Assembly: GCA_951406725.2 (NCBI GenBank)
Contig: OX597815.1
Coordinates: 121,954,001 to 122,018,000 of the forward strand
DNA length: 64,000 nucleotides
Source of the DNA: Octopus vulgaris
Taxonomy: Eukaryota
Reading direction: 5' to 3'
Shown: one piece after another, positions 14,357-27,173 of the stretch
Layout of the letters: each line of letters begins with the position of its first letter
Position numbering within the stretch: the stretch's first letter is position 1
Made by a program: the position numbers and the translations under genes
Notes under the pieces: model-generated
What the model saw: the letters and a program-made list of their open reading frames with translations, nothing else
The model's database searches: none
Told to the model about the DNA's origin: nothing

Positions 14357-15372
14357 TGTGTGTGTGTGTTTGTGTGTGAATGCACACTTTCATATTTATT
14401 TGGCTATGAATTTGTTCACACATATATATTCTTGTGAATATGTGTATATGTTCGTGTGATTGTTTTAGTTGCATGTGTATGTTAAACTACTTATGAATTT
14501 TTTTGAAATTACATGTGGGAAAGTTAATATGGTGGATCACATAAAGATTTAAATAAAGATTTAAGTTTCTCAAGATATGTATTATATAATATATGTGATA
14601 TAACTATTAAATATGTAGTAGTTTGTTTTGTATAAATTTGTCATTTCTTATGTATTTTTATTCTTGTGGACTTTCTATATGTGTAGGTGTGCTTGAGCAT
14701 GTGTTTTTGCGTGTATGCAAGGGATTTTGTTTCAAGGCTTATTAGTGTTGGTATATGTGTTTGTGTATGTATGTGAGTATAAGTGCATGTGTGTGTGCAT
14801 GTGTGCGTGTGTGGGGAAGCTTTAGTTATTTATTTGTTTGGATTTAAAGGTGTTTTTGAAAAGTATAGGACCTTTGATGCTTAGTACTAAACATACATTT
14901 GCACATACATATGTAAGACTAAGCAAGATTCTTTTGAGAAAAACTGACAAAGGTACAGGCATGGCAGTGTGGTAACAAACTAGCTCTGCAATTATGTGTT
15001 GTGTGTGTGCATGTGTGTATTCACGTGCATACATGCATGTGTGTATAAGTGTGGCAATGAGTGTGTGTGTGTGTGTGTGCTTGTTCCCACCCTACCCACT
15101 ACTCAACAACTGGAGTTTATTTATTGACATCCCAATAACTTAGTGGTTCAGCAAGTGAGACTGATAGAATAAGTACCAGATTTAGAAAAACATAAGTACT
15201 GGTGTCAAATCTTTTCAACTAAAAGCTTTTCAAAGTGGTTCCTCAACATGGTTGCAGTCCAATGACTGAAACAAGTGAAAGAAGGAAAGACTTAACCATG
15301 TATGCAAGTCTCCTCTGTCCACTGTACTGTCATTTCTCTAAGGAAAAGTCTACCAACTTGAACCAATACAAA

Positions 15373-15744
15373 GATAGACTGAAAGAAAAGAAAGATGATC
15401 AAATGAGGAAAAGAAAGATGGACGATGGTCACGTGAGAGCAACAAGAGAGAGTAAAGGAGAAAGAGGGACAGAGGGAGAGGGAGAGATCGATAGAAAATG
15501 GTGAAGGGGAGAAAAAAGAATTAGAGAAAGGAAAAGAAAGAAAATGAAAGGGGGAGAGACCTTGAACTGTTCTCTCTCTCATCCTCTCTCTAATTCTTTT
15601 TTCTCCCCTTCACCATTTTCTATCAGTCTCTTACTCTCTCTCCCTCCCTCTTTCTCCTTTACTCTCTCTCGTTGCTCACACGTGACCATCGTCCATCTTT
15701 ATTTTCCTCATGTGATCATCTTTCTTTTCTTTCAGTCTGTCTTA
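15373..15744. repeat. Long foldback palindrome (arms about 160 bp), start of a repeat running to about 16250
   Basis: agactgaaagaaaagaaagatgatc...gatggacgatggtcacgtg...gatagaaaatggtgaaggggagaaaaaagaattagaga is the reverse complement of 15585-15744. Confidence 0.9.
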
Positions 15745-16297
15745 TAGATCAGATGCATTCTTATCTGTCTCCTCTTCCATCTTTTCTCTTGTCAAAGACA
15801 ATATTCCATTCCTCCAGCATTTGCTACCTTACCTTGTCTGGCCTAATGGGCTTCCATGTTTGTTTTCTTTTGGTTTGTTGTATGTCTCCATTGTCCTGTT
15901 TTTGTTACCAACTTTGACCCTCTGCAAATCCTAAATTTTAATTTGGTTCGCAGGAGCAACTGCCTTTTTGAAGCCTCATTGTTGATAATTGCTCGAAATG
16001 AGTAGATGGACAGCCGGCAACTGATGAAGGGTCGTTTTTTATGTTACTTGTATTGTTTTCCATTTGTTTCTCTCATTGTTCGCATACCAAAGTTCATCTT
16101 CATATTTCATATTGTTTTCGTATTTCGTATTTTATGTTGCTTTTGTATTTCATGTTGTTAACATTTTGTGACATCCTGTACCCATATATGCTTGTATATA
16201 TACATATATGTATGTATGTGTATATTTATGTATGTATGTATTATATTTATATTATTAAATGATTGAAAGCCACACATCCATTTCCAAGTATGTATAT

Positions 16298-16331
<34 letters not shown>

Positions 16332-16693
16332 CACATACATAATTGTATGTACACACATATATATACACACATACACATAAACGTGTGTATGTACATATAT
16401 ATATATATATATATATACATATATATATCATACACACGTATATATGCATATATTATATTTTATTTATCGGTTTTATTAATGTGTTTGTGTTTTAATTCGT
16501 AATGTTTATATGTTCTTGCCTCTTTGCATACATCTTTGTGTGTGTGGTGTATTAAATCTATTCCTTTGTTTGGATTCTTTGGCCTTTGGAACTTATGTGG
16601 CAGTATTAAAATAATTGTACACATATAAAATGCACACACACACACTCCACACTGATATAGATATTGTATCACCATCTCTTCTTTTACATTTCC

Positions 16694-16728
<35 letters not shown>

Positions 16729-17440
16729 TTTGTCTTTTATATTTGTCATTGAGTAAACGTAGCAAATATTTTTTCAAAGCTAAGGGAGCTCATCAAATTG
16801 CTTGATCATTTAGAAAATGTTTTCCTTACTGTTACTACTTTCATTTGAACTAACTAAACTAACTAAACTGTGAAATAAATTGAAACCTTTGTTTTTGGGT
16901 TGTTTTTTTTTACTTTGTTTGTTTTCTCACATTACTTAAAAAGCATTGATTTCCCAATGAAACTTCTATTTATAGTTTCTCTATTCAGATACATTCAGTA
17001 TTTTGTACATACCTTCTACTTCAATTTCCTACCCACAAGGCAACACATCATTTACTCAATTTCAAAAGAGTAAATTAAATTCTCGTTCTCTAAATCACCA
17101 GACTGCACATTAATTTCAAATTTGTTTTACTTTGCGGCAAGTTTCATTACCTTAGCTGCATTGCTACTAGAGCAAAGTCAGCAGTGTCCAGTACCTTGTT
17201 GAGGAGGGAAACATATTCTTAAGCCATCATTCAAGAAGTCAATGACTTACCTGCTCAGATACTGCGTCTCCTTAGATGAAAATAGGGAAAGTGAAATTGA
17301 AAATAAAGTAGTTGACTGTCACATTGAGTTTAAGCATGAAAATTGTATTTATTGTTACAATGCAAGGTTGAGAAAGTCTTTTCGCTTTAGCAATGATACA
17401 AGATATCATGTATTGGTACCCCAATAAAATGTACTCAATA

Positions 17441-17853
17441 CAGGCACGTGGCATTAGTAATTACCCAGGGTAGGCAGTTGGTAATGTTTATGTAGTAAAA
17501 CACAAAAAAAAATAAGCGAAACACAGGCATGTGACTGAGTTGGAGGCAGATTTGCTTCTGCCTTTATACTACATAAAGAAAACGTTGTTGTAGGAATGTA
17601 CTCAGCACATATACTACACCAATATAATGTGTAGCTTTAATACTGAGGTTGAAAGGCAGGGGCAAATTATACCTACCTAATCTACAAAAAAAAAAAAATA
17701 TATATTTTGCATTTTATGCATAGTAATGACAGTAACCTCCATAGTTTTATTGAATTATATGCATATTTTGCCATAAAAGGAAAATGTTACTATCGATCTG
17801 TTTTATTCAGGGTAGGCACTGCCTACCTTGCCTGCCCAGGCAGCACGTCCCTG
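17441..17853. mobile_element. hAT-superfamily MITE (413 bp)
   Basis: Perfect 8-bp TSD ACTCAATA (17433-17440, 17854-17861). TIRs caggcacgtg / cacgtccctg. Subterminal cagggtaggca repeats. Confidence 0.88.
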
Positions 17854-18700
17854 ACTCAATACAATCTGTATAAAGGTTGGTGATAGGAAGAAATATTACC
17901 TTGTTTAGAAACAGGTAAGGGTTGGCAACAGGAAGGGCATCCAGCTGTAGACAATCTGACTCAACAAATTCTGTCTGATCTCTGCAAGCAGGTGAAAGTG
18001 GATATTAAAATGATGATGAGGATGAGGAATGAAGGGTTGAGAAAACCTTTAGTCTTGCTATTGACACAACTTCTCTAATGCTGGTGACCAGAAGAACATC
18101 CAGCTGTATAGAAACTAAGCCAAAATTTAAAGTTAGAGTGAGATGTAGTCTTCTAGCCTGTCAAGCTTTATAGTGAGTCTGAATAAGAACTACTCAAACC
18201 TTAAGGTGTGTGTTTTTGTGTTACCTTGTCTCAATATTGTTTGATAGTTGTAAATAAGCATCACTGTTGTACAAGCAGTGTCCCTCATTTCCAGTCCTCC
18301 ATGCAATCATGTCTAGTCATGATGATATATTACAGCGCTTGGAAATAGGTGAGGGCTGGTGACAGGAAAAGCATCCAGCCATAGAAAATCTGTCTTTTTG
18401 AATTCTGTCTGACACATACAAGTATGGAAAATTGGAGTTAAATTGAGGATAATGTTGATGATAGTAGTAATGATGATAATGATGATGACGACAACGACAA
18501 CAACAATGATGACAACGATGACAACGACGATGACTATGATGATGAGGATGATAATGACAACAATGATGACGATGATGATGATGATGGTGGTGGTGGTAGT
18601 GCTACTGCTGGTACTGCTGATTCTGGTATTGGAGGCAGTGCTGGAAATCTCATCCCCATAACTGTTTTTGGAATTATGGAAGGAATCAGTTTAATGTATC

Positions 18701-18910
18701 TCTTTTTTCTCTTTTTACTTGTTTCAGTCATTTGACTGCAGCCATGCTGGACCACCGCCTTTAGTCGAGCAAATTGACCCCAGGACTTATTCTTTGTAAG
18801 CCCAGTACTTATTCTATCGGTCTCTTTTGCCGAACCGCTAAGTTATGGCGATGTAAACACACCAGCATCGGTTGTCAAGCAATGCTAGGGGGACAAACAC
18901 AGACACATAA

Positions 18911-18963
<53 letters not shown>

Positions 18964-19123
18964 TACGACAAGCTTCTTTCAGTTTCCGTCTACCAAATCC
19001 ACTCACAAGGCTTTGGTCGGCTAGAGGCTATAGTAGAAGACACTTGCCCAAGATGCCATGCAGTGGGACTGAACCCGCAACTATGTGGTTCGTAAGCAGG
19101 CTACTTACCACACAGCCACTCCT
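18701..19123 (-). mobile_element. SINE family A, full-length, inserted in duplicate segment copy 2
   Basis: Reverse complement of the 1308-1715 consensus. Flanks match the uninterrupted copy at 1140-1190. Confidence 0.9.
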
Positions 19124-20599
19124 AGTTTTTACTTCAGTTTCTGACACTGTGTCTTTTGTGGTTTTTTAAAATCATATAATTCATAGTAAAACTAGATATA
19201 TGAAAGAAGTCAGTTCTGTGTAAAATTTTAAAATGTTCAGCAGTGATACACAAGACAGATAATGAATCAATGAGGTGAAGAGAGCTTCTATGGGGTCACA
19301 GCAAGAACCAGCAGCCAAATCTCCTTTAAATCACACCCTACTGTCTTAATAACAGAAGGATGTATAGAATAATTTATTCTTTGGCACAATGTATGCAGAG
19401 AAAGAAAATAATAAAATGGTCATGGTTAGTATATTTTGGATCATAGCTTCATTTTATTGAAGCTGACCAGGGCTATTCTTTATTTATGATTGATTTATAA
19501 ATCAGATGAATGCTCTTTATTATTGATTGGGGAAGAAAGTCAGAGACATCTCTGAGAAGCAGTAAACTTTCCAAATATTAATAGTAAAGAAAGCATGTAT
19601 TTATATTATCATGAGAAGATGATTGCTATCAACTTAGTTTTTGAGTATAACTACTTTCTTATTGTGGTCATATATCTATATCGGGGGTGCTAGCCATAAG
19701 CTTTTAGATGGCAACCTCCGATTTTGAATTCAATTTTCTATGACAAATGTAGCCTGGAATTCTGTTAAGGATTTCATCGACAATGGGGTGCCTGCCCATG
19801 TGCATTTGATAAAAGGGTTCTGTAATGCCAAATCTAACTTATAATGCACTGACTAACCAAAGGTTACAGTAGAAGGTACCTATTTAAGGTGTTGCTCTGT
19901 GGAATTAAAATCTCAGACTACAACCACATGGTTGTGAAGTAAACTTCTTAACCATAAGCTACACTTGCTTCTATTTGCAAAATAATGAATTTAGCTTAAT
20001 GACTATAGAAGTAACACAAGGAAGTAAGCTGGTAGAATTGTTCTGATTCTGCCAAGGCTAACTTTATCATCCTTTTGGGGTCAATAAAATAGATATCAGT
20101 TGAGAAATGGGGTCAATGTGATCACCTTGCCCCTCTCCTCAAAATTTCTGGTGTTCTGCCAAAATTAGAAAAAAAGAAATATTAAAGTAACATACTTTTC
20201 AAATACAGTAAAAATAGACCTATTTATCTAACATCAGTTTTACAGTGAATGCTATCTCCTTTATTGATAAATATCACTGTCACCTTAGAGCAATTGACCC
20301 AGGAGTCACTCACTAAAATGTTTGTAAACCCTGCAATATCAGAAACATCTTTTTTGCTCTTAGTATATAAAGTTAAAGAATTTTTATCTGAGCATATTTT
20401 AGAGGCTATCAGCAAAAAGCACAAACTTTAATGATAATTGTACCACAGATAAGTTTTTGGTTAAAAAAAATATAAATGCTATTTGCTGAATTAGATCCAG
20501 AAATATCTTCAAAGACAAAAATATTTGTGTCACTCAATCATCAAGAACATTTCTCCACTGCTGATTAGTATCTCTGCTCTTGGTCTGCTGCTAGTGTTG

Positions 20600-20635
20600 C
20601 TGCTACAACTACTACTGCTACTACTACTGCTACTG

Positions 20636-20695
<60 letters not shown>

Positions 20696-20820
20696 AACTA
20701 CCACCACCACCACCACAGTAACAATAACAACCACTACCACTACCTTTACAACCAGCCACCACTACCACTACAACCACCAATACCACTGTCATTATCACAA
20801 CCAACCCCACCATTACTACT
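20600..20820. repeat. (CTA)n/(CCA)n triplet microsatellite
   Basis: Directly visible. Confidence 0.95.
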
Positions 20821-22049
20821 ATTCTGTGTTGTTCTAAACTTACTTTTAAAACAATTCCACTTAGATACATTTGTTTTCAATTTGTCTGTTGAAATTATAT
20901 TTTAAATTCTAGATCTTGATACAAAAAAAAAATTGGAATTTTTCCAAAATGTTTGACAGAATATATAGATAAATAACAATAATAATTATTTCTAATATGT
21001 TTTAAAATAACAATTGTTATAACATACTCAAAATGATAATAATGATTTTGAACTAATACAAATGTCCACAATTATTATTATTTTATTTTATTTTTATTCA
21101 TATATTTATTTATTTATGTTAAGAGGAGGATTGTGGTACTGTTCTGTTCATTAAATCTGTTTCATCATTTAACAAATACTTATTCTATTGATCCAAGAAG
21201 GATAAAAGAGAGAGTTTATCCTGACAGGATTTTAATTCTTATATTCACCTTGTATCTTGAGGGACACCCTCACCATCTCTTTCTATCTTTCCAGCAGACG
21301 AACCCATATATCTCCTCTTCAGCAAGACCTCTGTTCCTGTCTCCCTAGCACACTTTAACCTCTCTACATCTGGCATAAAGTTAAACTCCCTCAATACTAC
21401 TTCCCACTCATTTGAGGGATTTTGTCTTGTAAGTTACTTGGTGGCATCATTCATGCTGGTGCCATGCAAAAAATACCCAGTACACTCTGTGAAGTGGTTG
21501 GCTTGAGGAAAGATATCTAACCATGGAAACCATGTCAAAGCAGACTTTAGAGCTCAGTGCTCTCCTTTGGTTTTCCAGTTCCAGTCAAACTATGCAAATC
21601 ATGTCAGTATGGAAGACAGACATTAAACAATTATGATGATGTAAGACATGTCTTTCTTATGTGTCAACTTCTACTACTGCTACTACAATAATCTCTGTTC
21701 AATTTAAAGCTCCTGAGAGTATAATGTTTCTATCTAGGCACACTTGGTCCAGCTGCTGGATTTAAATTACATACTATGTTCAAAATTTGGATACTATTTT
21801 ACTCTTTAATCAAGGCACCACCTTGTAGGTCTGTCTTTTATCTTTTATCTTTTAACTGTTTGGCCACCACTTTGAAGGGTTTCGTTGAGAAAAACTAACC
21901 CCAGCACTTACATCTTTCTTTAAAGTCTGGTACTTATTCTGTCAGTTTTTTTTGCTAAACCACCAAGTTATGAGGATGTAAACAAACGCCAGCTGTCAAG
22001 CAGTAAGGGAACAAAGACACACACATACATAAACACTGCAACATCAATA

Positions 22050-22350
22050 TTAGCAACTGGAAGCAGTTGCCAGCAACCGTGGAGATTGGCAGCATACCGT
22101 AAAAGAGGGAACACAAAGGAGTGACAGAGGGAGAGAGGAGAAATCGAAAAGACGTCAACAAGAAACTATGACATTACAACCAGCCAGGCAAAGTCTTTGC
22201 TACATTTGCGGCACCTGCCAGAGGGAGTGTTTGTAAAAGGATAGGATTACACAGCCACAGCAGGAGATGTATTAGGACATGAAATGTAAAAGCCGGACTA
22301 GATTATTTTATGCGCAACTCCATTGTCTCCCGAGACAAAAAGGATGCCAA
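22050..22350 (+). pseudogene. RTE-clade LINE 3' end fragment
   Basis: EAVASNRGDWQHTVKEG...YICGTCQREC..RIGLHSHSRRC, typical of the RTE/BovB C-terminus with a C2H2-like motif. Confidence 0.7.
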
Positions 22351-22636
22351 CAGTGTATGTATGTATGTATGTATGTATGTATGCATGTATGTGTGTATGT
22401 ATGTATGTATGTATGCATGTATGTGTGTATGTATGTATGTATATGTGTGTGTGTATAGGCACAGGTGTGGCTTTGTGGTAAGAAGCCACAGGTTCCAGGT
22501 TAAGATGCTTGAAAGAAGGATGTTATATGTATATATGTTTGAGAGTCTTTGTGCTTGTGCATGTTTACTACCACCACTTGGCAACTTGTGTTGGTTTGTT
22601 TGTCTCTATAACTTAGCGGTTTGGCATATTCTAGAG

Positions 22637-24570
22637 CAGGCAAAAGCTAGATTTGGCACTTTTGAGTGCCAAATCTAGCTTCTAAAAGCATTGTGCGAGC
22701 CAATTTTTTATTAGTAGAGTTTATGCTTTTGAAACTCACTATAGCAGAAACCTATTTTATTAATCCTTTGATAATTCAATTTGCATGAAAACAAATATAA
22801 TTTTATTTAAAAAATTAAATTCCAAAAATTTTTCAAATTATAAACAACAGAACAATTTTATAAGCAAATAATAAACAACAGTTACATTAAATTTCTATAA
22901 ATTAATGAGAACCTTGTCTCTGTACATTTTTGCTTAATTTCTCAATATCAAGTGCATAATTTGTGACTTTTAGCTTCATGCAAGCTTCCGAATGTTGAAT
23001 TGTCAGACAATATCTTTGGGAACCCAAAACAGATTTCATATGTGGAAAAATTTGTTTATACGTATATCTTGAGCCAAAGGCTGAAAGCAGAGCATATGAA
23101 ATTTTCTTAAAAAAATTGGATCTTTCAGGCAATGACATCCAGCAATTGAAGGTAGCAACAGACTTCTCCAAGCAGCTTCTTTCAAGAGTATTTCGTAATT
23201 CCACAAATCTTGTTTTCCACAATTCTGAAGTTGTTAATTCAATCATTTCTATTTCAAAACTATCAACGTGCATCCACTCAAAAAGTGATAGATCAAATGG
23301 GTTCATTTTCAAATCAATCAAGTTGGGCTTGATGAGTAAGAAAAGTATAGGAGTGTAAATTTCAAAATCTTTACCTCGCTTCGAAAATTTCTCTTTTGAC
23401 GTTGCAATATATTTTTGAAGTTCATTTTTATTAACATTAAATCAATTTGAATAAGCTTTTACATTTGGAAAATATTTGTAAGTGTTGTTAAGTATATCAC
23501 ACCAAAAAAAAAAATCTAATTTTCTAGTGTTCAAAAAGATCAAGTACTGTTTGATCTCTCCCTTGTAAATGCAAATTTAAATCATTCAAGTGTTTGCTTA
23601 TGTCAGTTAGAGACATCAATTTAAATAACCAGTCTTCATTGTTCAATTCTGGGAAATATTTCCCTTCAAGAAATATTTTGATTTCTTCTAAGCATGATAC
23701 AAATCTGTTCAAAACATTAACCCAACTAAGCCAATGGACATTACTGTGTTGTAGGAGGTCTGCATATTCGCTGTCCAATTCTTGCAGAAGGGACTTAAAT
23801 TGTCTGTGAGTCAGTGAACAGAGAGAAACTATGAAGTTAACTATTTTAGCAACACTTTCCATGACAGAACTCAAGCTTTGTGATGAAATTTTTACAACTA
23901 ATTTTTTCTGATGTATAATGTAATTAAAACTCATTACATTGCATCCAATATGATTTTCAAGAAGCTTAATAAATCCTTTTTCCTTTCCAACCATTGTATA
24001 TGCACCATCAGTAGTAACATAAAATATTTTATTTTCAAAATAATTTACAAATGGAGTCAGAATGTCCTGTCCTGTAATTGTATTGGTAAGAGAAATCAAA
24101 CAACATAATTCTTCCTAAATATGATCATTTGATCATTGTCACAGTATCTTGCAATAATTTCTAGGCGTGCCATGTCATTCACATCAGCACTTTCATCGAT
24201 AGCAACACTGAATGCAACAGCTTTTTGTAATCCAACTTTTTGTTTTATTGTTATGTTTTCAGTTATATAAGTTATACGTCTCTCAATGCAAAAGCTGGTA
24301 TTTCTTGAATTTGAGACAGAATTGTTTCAGCATTTGGTAAATTATTGAATAAAAATTTTAGCACTTCTCAGAAAAGCAGTTCTGATAAATTCTCCGTCTG
24401 TAAAAGGTTTATCTTTCTCAGCTATACATTGAGCAATTGTGTAACTACATTCGTTGGCTTTATTTTTGGTTCCAAGCATTTGAACAAAAACAGAAGTGCT
24501 TTTTTTGTAACTAGAAATAACTCATTTTATGGCTTCACTTTTCTCATCAATGTTTTTAAATGTTGTCTGG
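22637..24570 (-). mobile_element. Decayed hAT transposon, Charlie/Buster/SPIN (GTF2IRD2-like) transposase
   Basis: Minus-strand motifs AFSVAIDESADV (about 24200), VTTDGA, YIIHQ (HCIIHQ), VHWLS (RWLS), LNLHLQG, and SAFGSRYTYKQIFPHMK (hAT dimerisation domain). A candidate end CAGG at 22637 follows ttctagag (NTCTAGAN-type target). Confidence 0.85.
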
Positions 24571-27173
24571 AAAATGAAAAATGGCTAATTTACACTATTG
24601 AAAAGATAATGTATAGAGTTAGGATTTTAGAGTTTAGAATTGTAGTTTAAGATTAAGAGTAAAGATTATGATTAGTATAAAGATCATGATTAGTATTTAG
24701 GGTTAGAATTGGATTAAGGGTAAAAATCTTTTTTGTATTATTGTTGCAAAGGTGGTGATGCAGAAGTAATATTTGTTTTGTAGTGGTATAATGTTTTATT
24801 GAGATGCAACATGCAATGATGCACACAAGCTGTTTAAGAAATGCAACAGTTACATACAAAAATATTTTATGTAAAAGACAAAATCATAACAAGATTTTGA
24901 CAAATTATTTTAAACATTTCTTTAGCATTGTTATTCATGAATCATAAATTTGACTGAATATTCTTTGCATAAGGTCAAGAGATTCTGAGGTTACAATTAG
25001 TGTCAATTTAGGAATCTAGGTTTTGAAAAAACAAAAAAAGAAGAAAGAAAACAATAGAAAAAAAATTATTATACAAGCATAATGAAATAACCAAGCATTT
25101 TATCAGAGAAATTATAACATACTTCTAAAAACATGTTATCAAAGAAATTATAAAACAGTTCTAAAAATAATTTTCAACCCAATCCTTTGATTACCATTTC
25201 ATAAAGTCTTTTTTTTTTCTTCTTCAAAGCTTGAAAATACTTCAACCCTATACAACAAGTTCATTATAATTATACAACATCTATAATTCATTATTGACTC
25301 ACATTTCAATTAACAATACATCTGCATCAAACTGACAGTTGTACAATACTGTATAGTTTCTTACATTTCTGACAATAAAAAAAGAAAGAAAAGAAAATAG
25401 GGAAAAGAAATAACAATGCAGAGAATAAGCAGATTTAAGAAATTGTTTTTCACATTTTCCCCCATTTGAGAATTTACAATCAGAAAATATTGTATGAAAT
25501 ATTTTCATTATGATACTATTGTTATAGAAAGACATAATTTTACCTTTATTCAACCTAGACTTTATGGATATCAATACTGGCTATGTAATTTCTTTTATTC
25601 CAGCATAGAATATTGTTATTGAAACAAAGCAGAGAATATTCAGATAAGTGTTAATCAAAATGTTTATAGGCACATTACAATGTACTATTAATATTGTTGT
25701 TGTTTGGCAGAATTGCTAGAATGCCGAGTAAAATGTATAGTGGAATTTCATCCATCCTTATGTTCCGAATTCAAATTCTACTGGGGTTGACTTCGTCTAT
25801 CATCCTTTCAGGGGTCAATAAAATAAGTACCAGTTGAGCACTGGGGTCAATGTAATCAAATTGCTCCCTCTTCAAAATTTCTGGCCTTGTGCCAAAATTT
25901 GAAACCGATATTGTTGTTGTTTGGTTTAAAGTTGGCACTGATTGAATCGACTATCATTAAAGATATTCTAGTGATGATATTTTTTCATGATGTATTGTAG
26001 CTTACATTATCCAATGTGTCTTTCTCTTTTCTTAAAAAATTATAAAGTGTGATTTGGGGGAGATTTTACTGCTATTTCATGCAGATCAAACAGCCACAGG
26101 CAGAGGCTTCTTTGCATGATATATGTTTAGCATAATACCTGTTTAGATCCAAGTCTGAATGGGTAGTCCTACAAATAAAGAAAAACTTTAACTGTGACTA
26201 TTATCTTTTGTTTATCAGACAAAGTGTACCAAGGATCACATCATATTTATATGTCCATTTTTCTTTTTATAAAGGTGATACACAGTCATTTGAGGAAGAT
26301 TTGGCAGTTATTTCTAGAAGATCAAATGATCCCCACAGAGGCTCTTTCACATTACATAGATATTTTACTAGATAGTGGTTGTTAATATAAGAGAATTAGA
26401 TGAGGCAATTAAAATGATGAGCAAAATATCATCTGTTAGTTAATAGATATTACAAATGAAAAATTAATGGATGGGTGTTCCAAAACAATACTGGGTAGTA
26501 ATTTTCTCTTCAAGAAAAACTGCATCATAAACATTCCATTTCCTTCATTTATTTTTTCGTGTGTGGATAGGAAGGTCTTCTGCTTATTTCATATCATATC
26601 TTGGTTTCTCATCTCTCTCCTCACCCATTTCCTCACCATAAATCCTGATTTTATCTATGTAGTGGAATGTGTTAGGACCACTTAGAATGAAGTACTCACC
26701 TTCAGCAATTTTCTTTTTCAACTTCAAAACTTTAATATGACTGGTTAGTTTGTGTAAATCCTTGGCTGAATGTTTGTATCATAAATGATATAAGCATGAA
26801 ACATGCTGCTACAAAAAAATAAGATTTATTTCATAACAACTATACATAAAACTGCTATAAAAACTTAATTTTCATTCTTCCTAGGGTGTATATATATATA
26901 CACACATATATATAAGGTCAGTTGAGCTAGAGGTTGAAATAACTGTCTAAGGGATAAAAGTATCCAAAATATTACCGGTATGTTACCTATATTTAAACAT
27001 GGGCAAAAATGTTATGCTCATAAATTATAGGTTGAGCCAAGGATAAACAGGAGTTTATCAGGAATCAAAATTTAAAGAAAACAGAAAATGGAGATAAAAC
27101 TGATGTAAATTATTAATAAATAGTAATTGATGGAAATCAATTGTTCGTCAATGTTATCTCCATTTTCTGTTTT

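Larger units (their letters stand above)
9970..26168 (-). other. Candidate spliced minus-strand transcript built from very small exons (26139-26168, 25303-25368, 20314-20330, 17251-17270, 17151-17194, 9970-10042)
   Basis: Each segment is bounded by a pyrimidine-rich ..AG and a GT donor (gtatta, gtgagt, gtgagt, gtaagt, gtaatg, gtgggt). Joined, they give a 250-nt open frame. No homology recognised. Confidence 0.3.

Noticed and set aside
24610-24725. Interstitial telomere-like (TTAGGG) tract
   Set aside because: Highly degenerate with only one exact unit; more likely low-complexity transposon-associated sequence.
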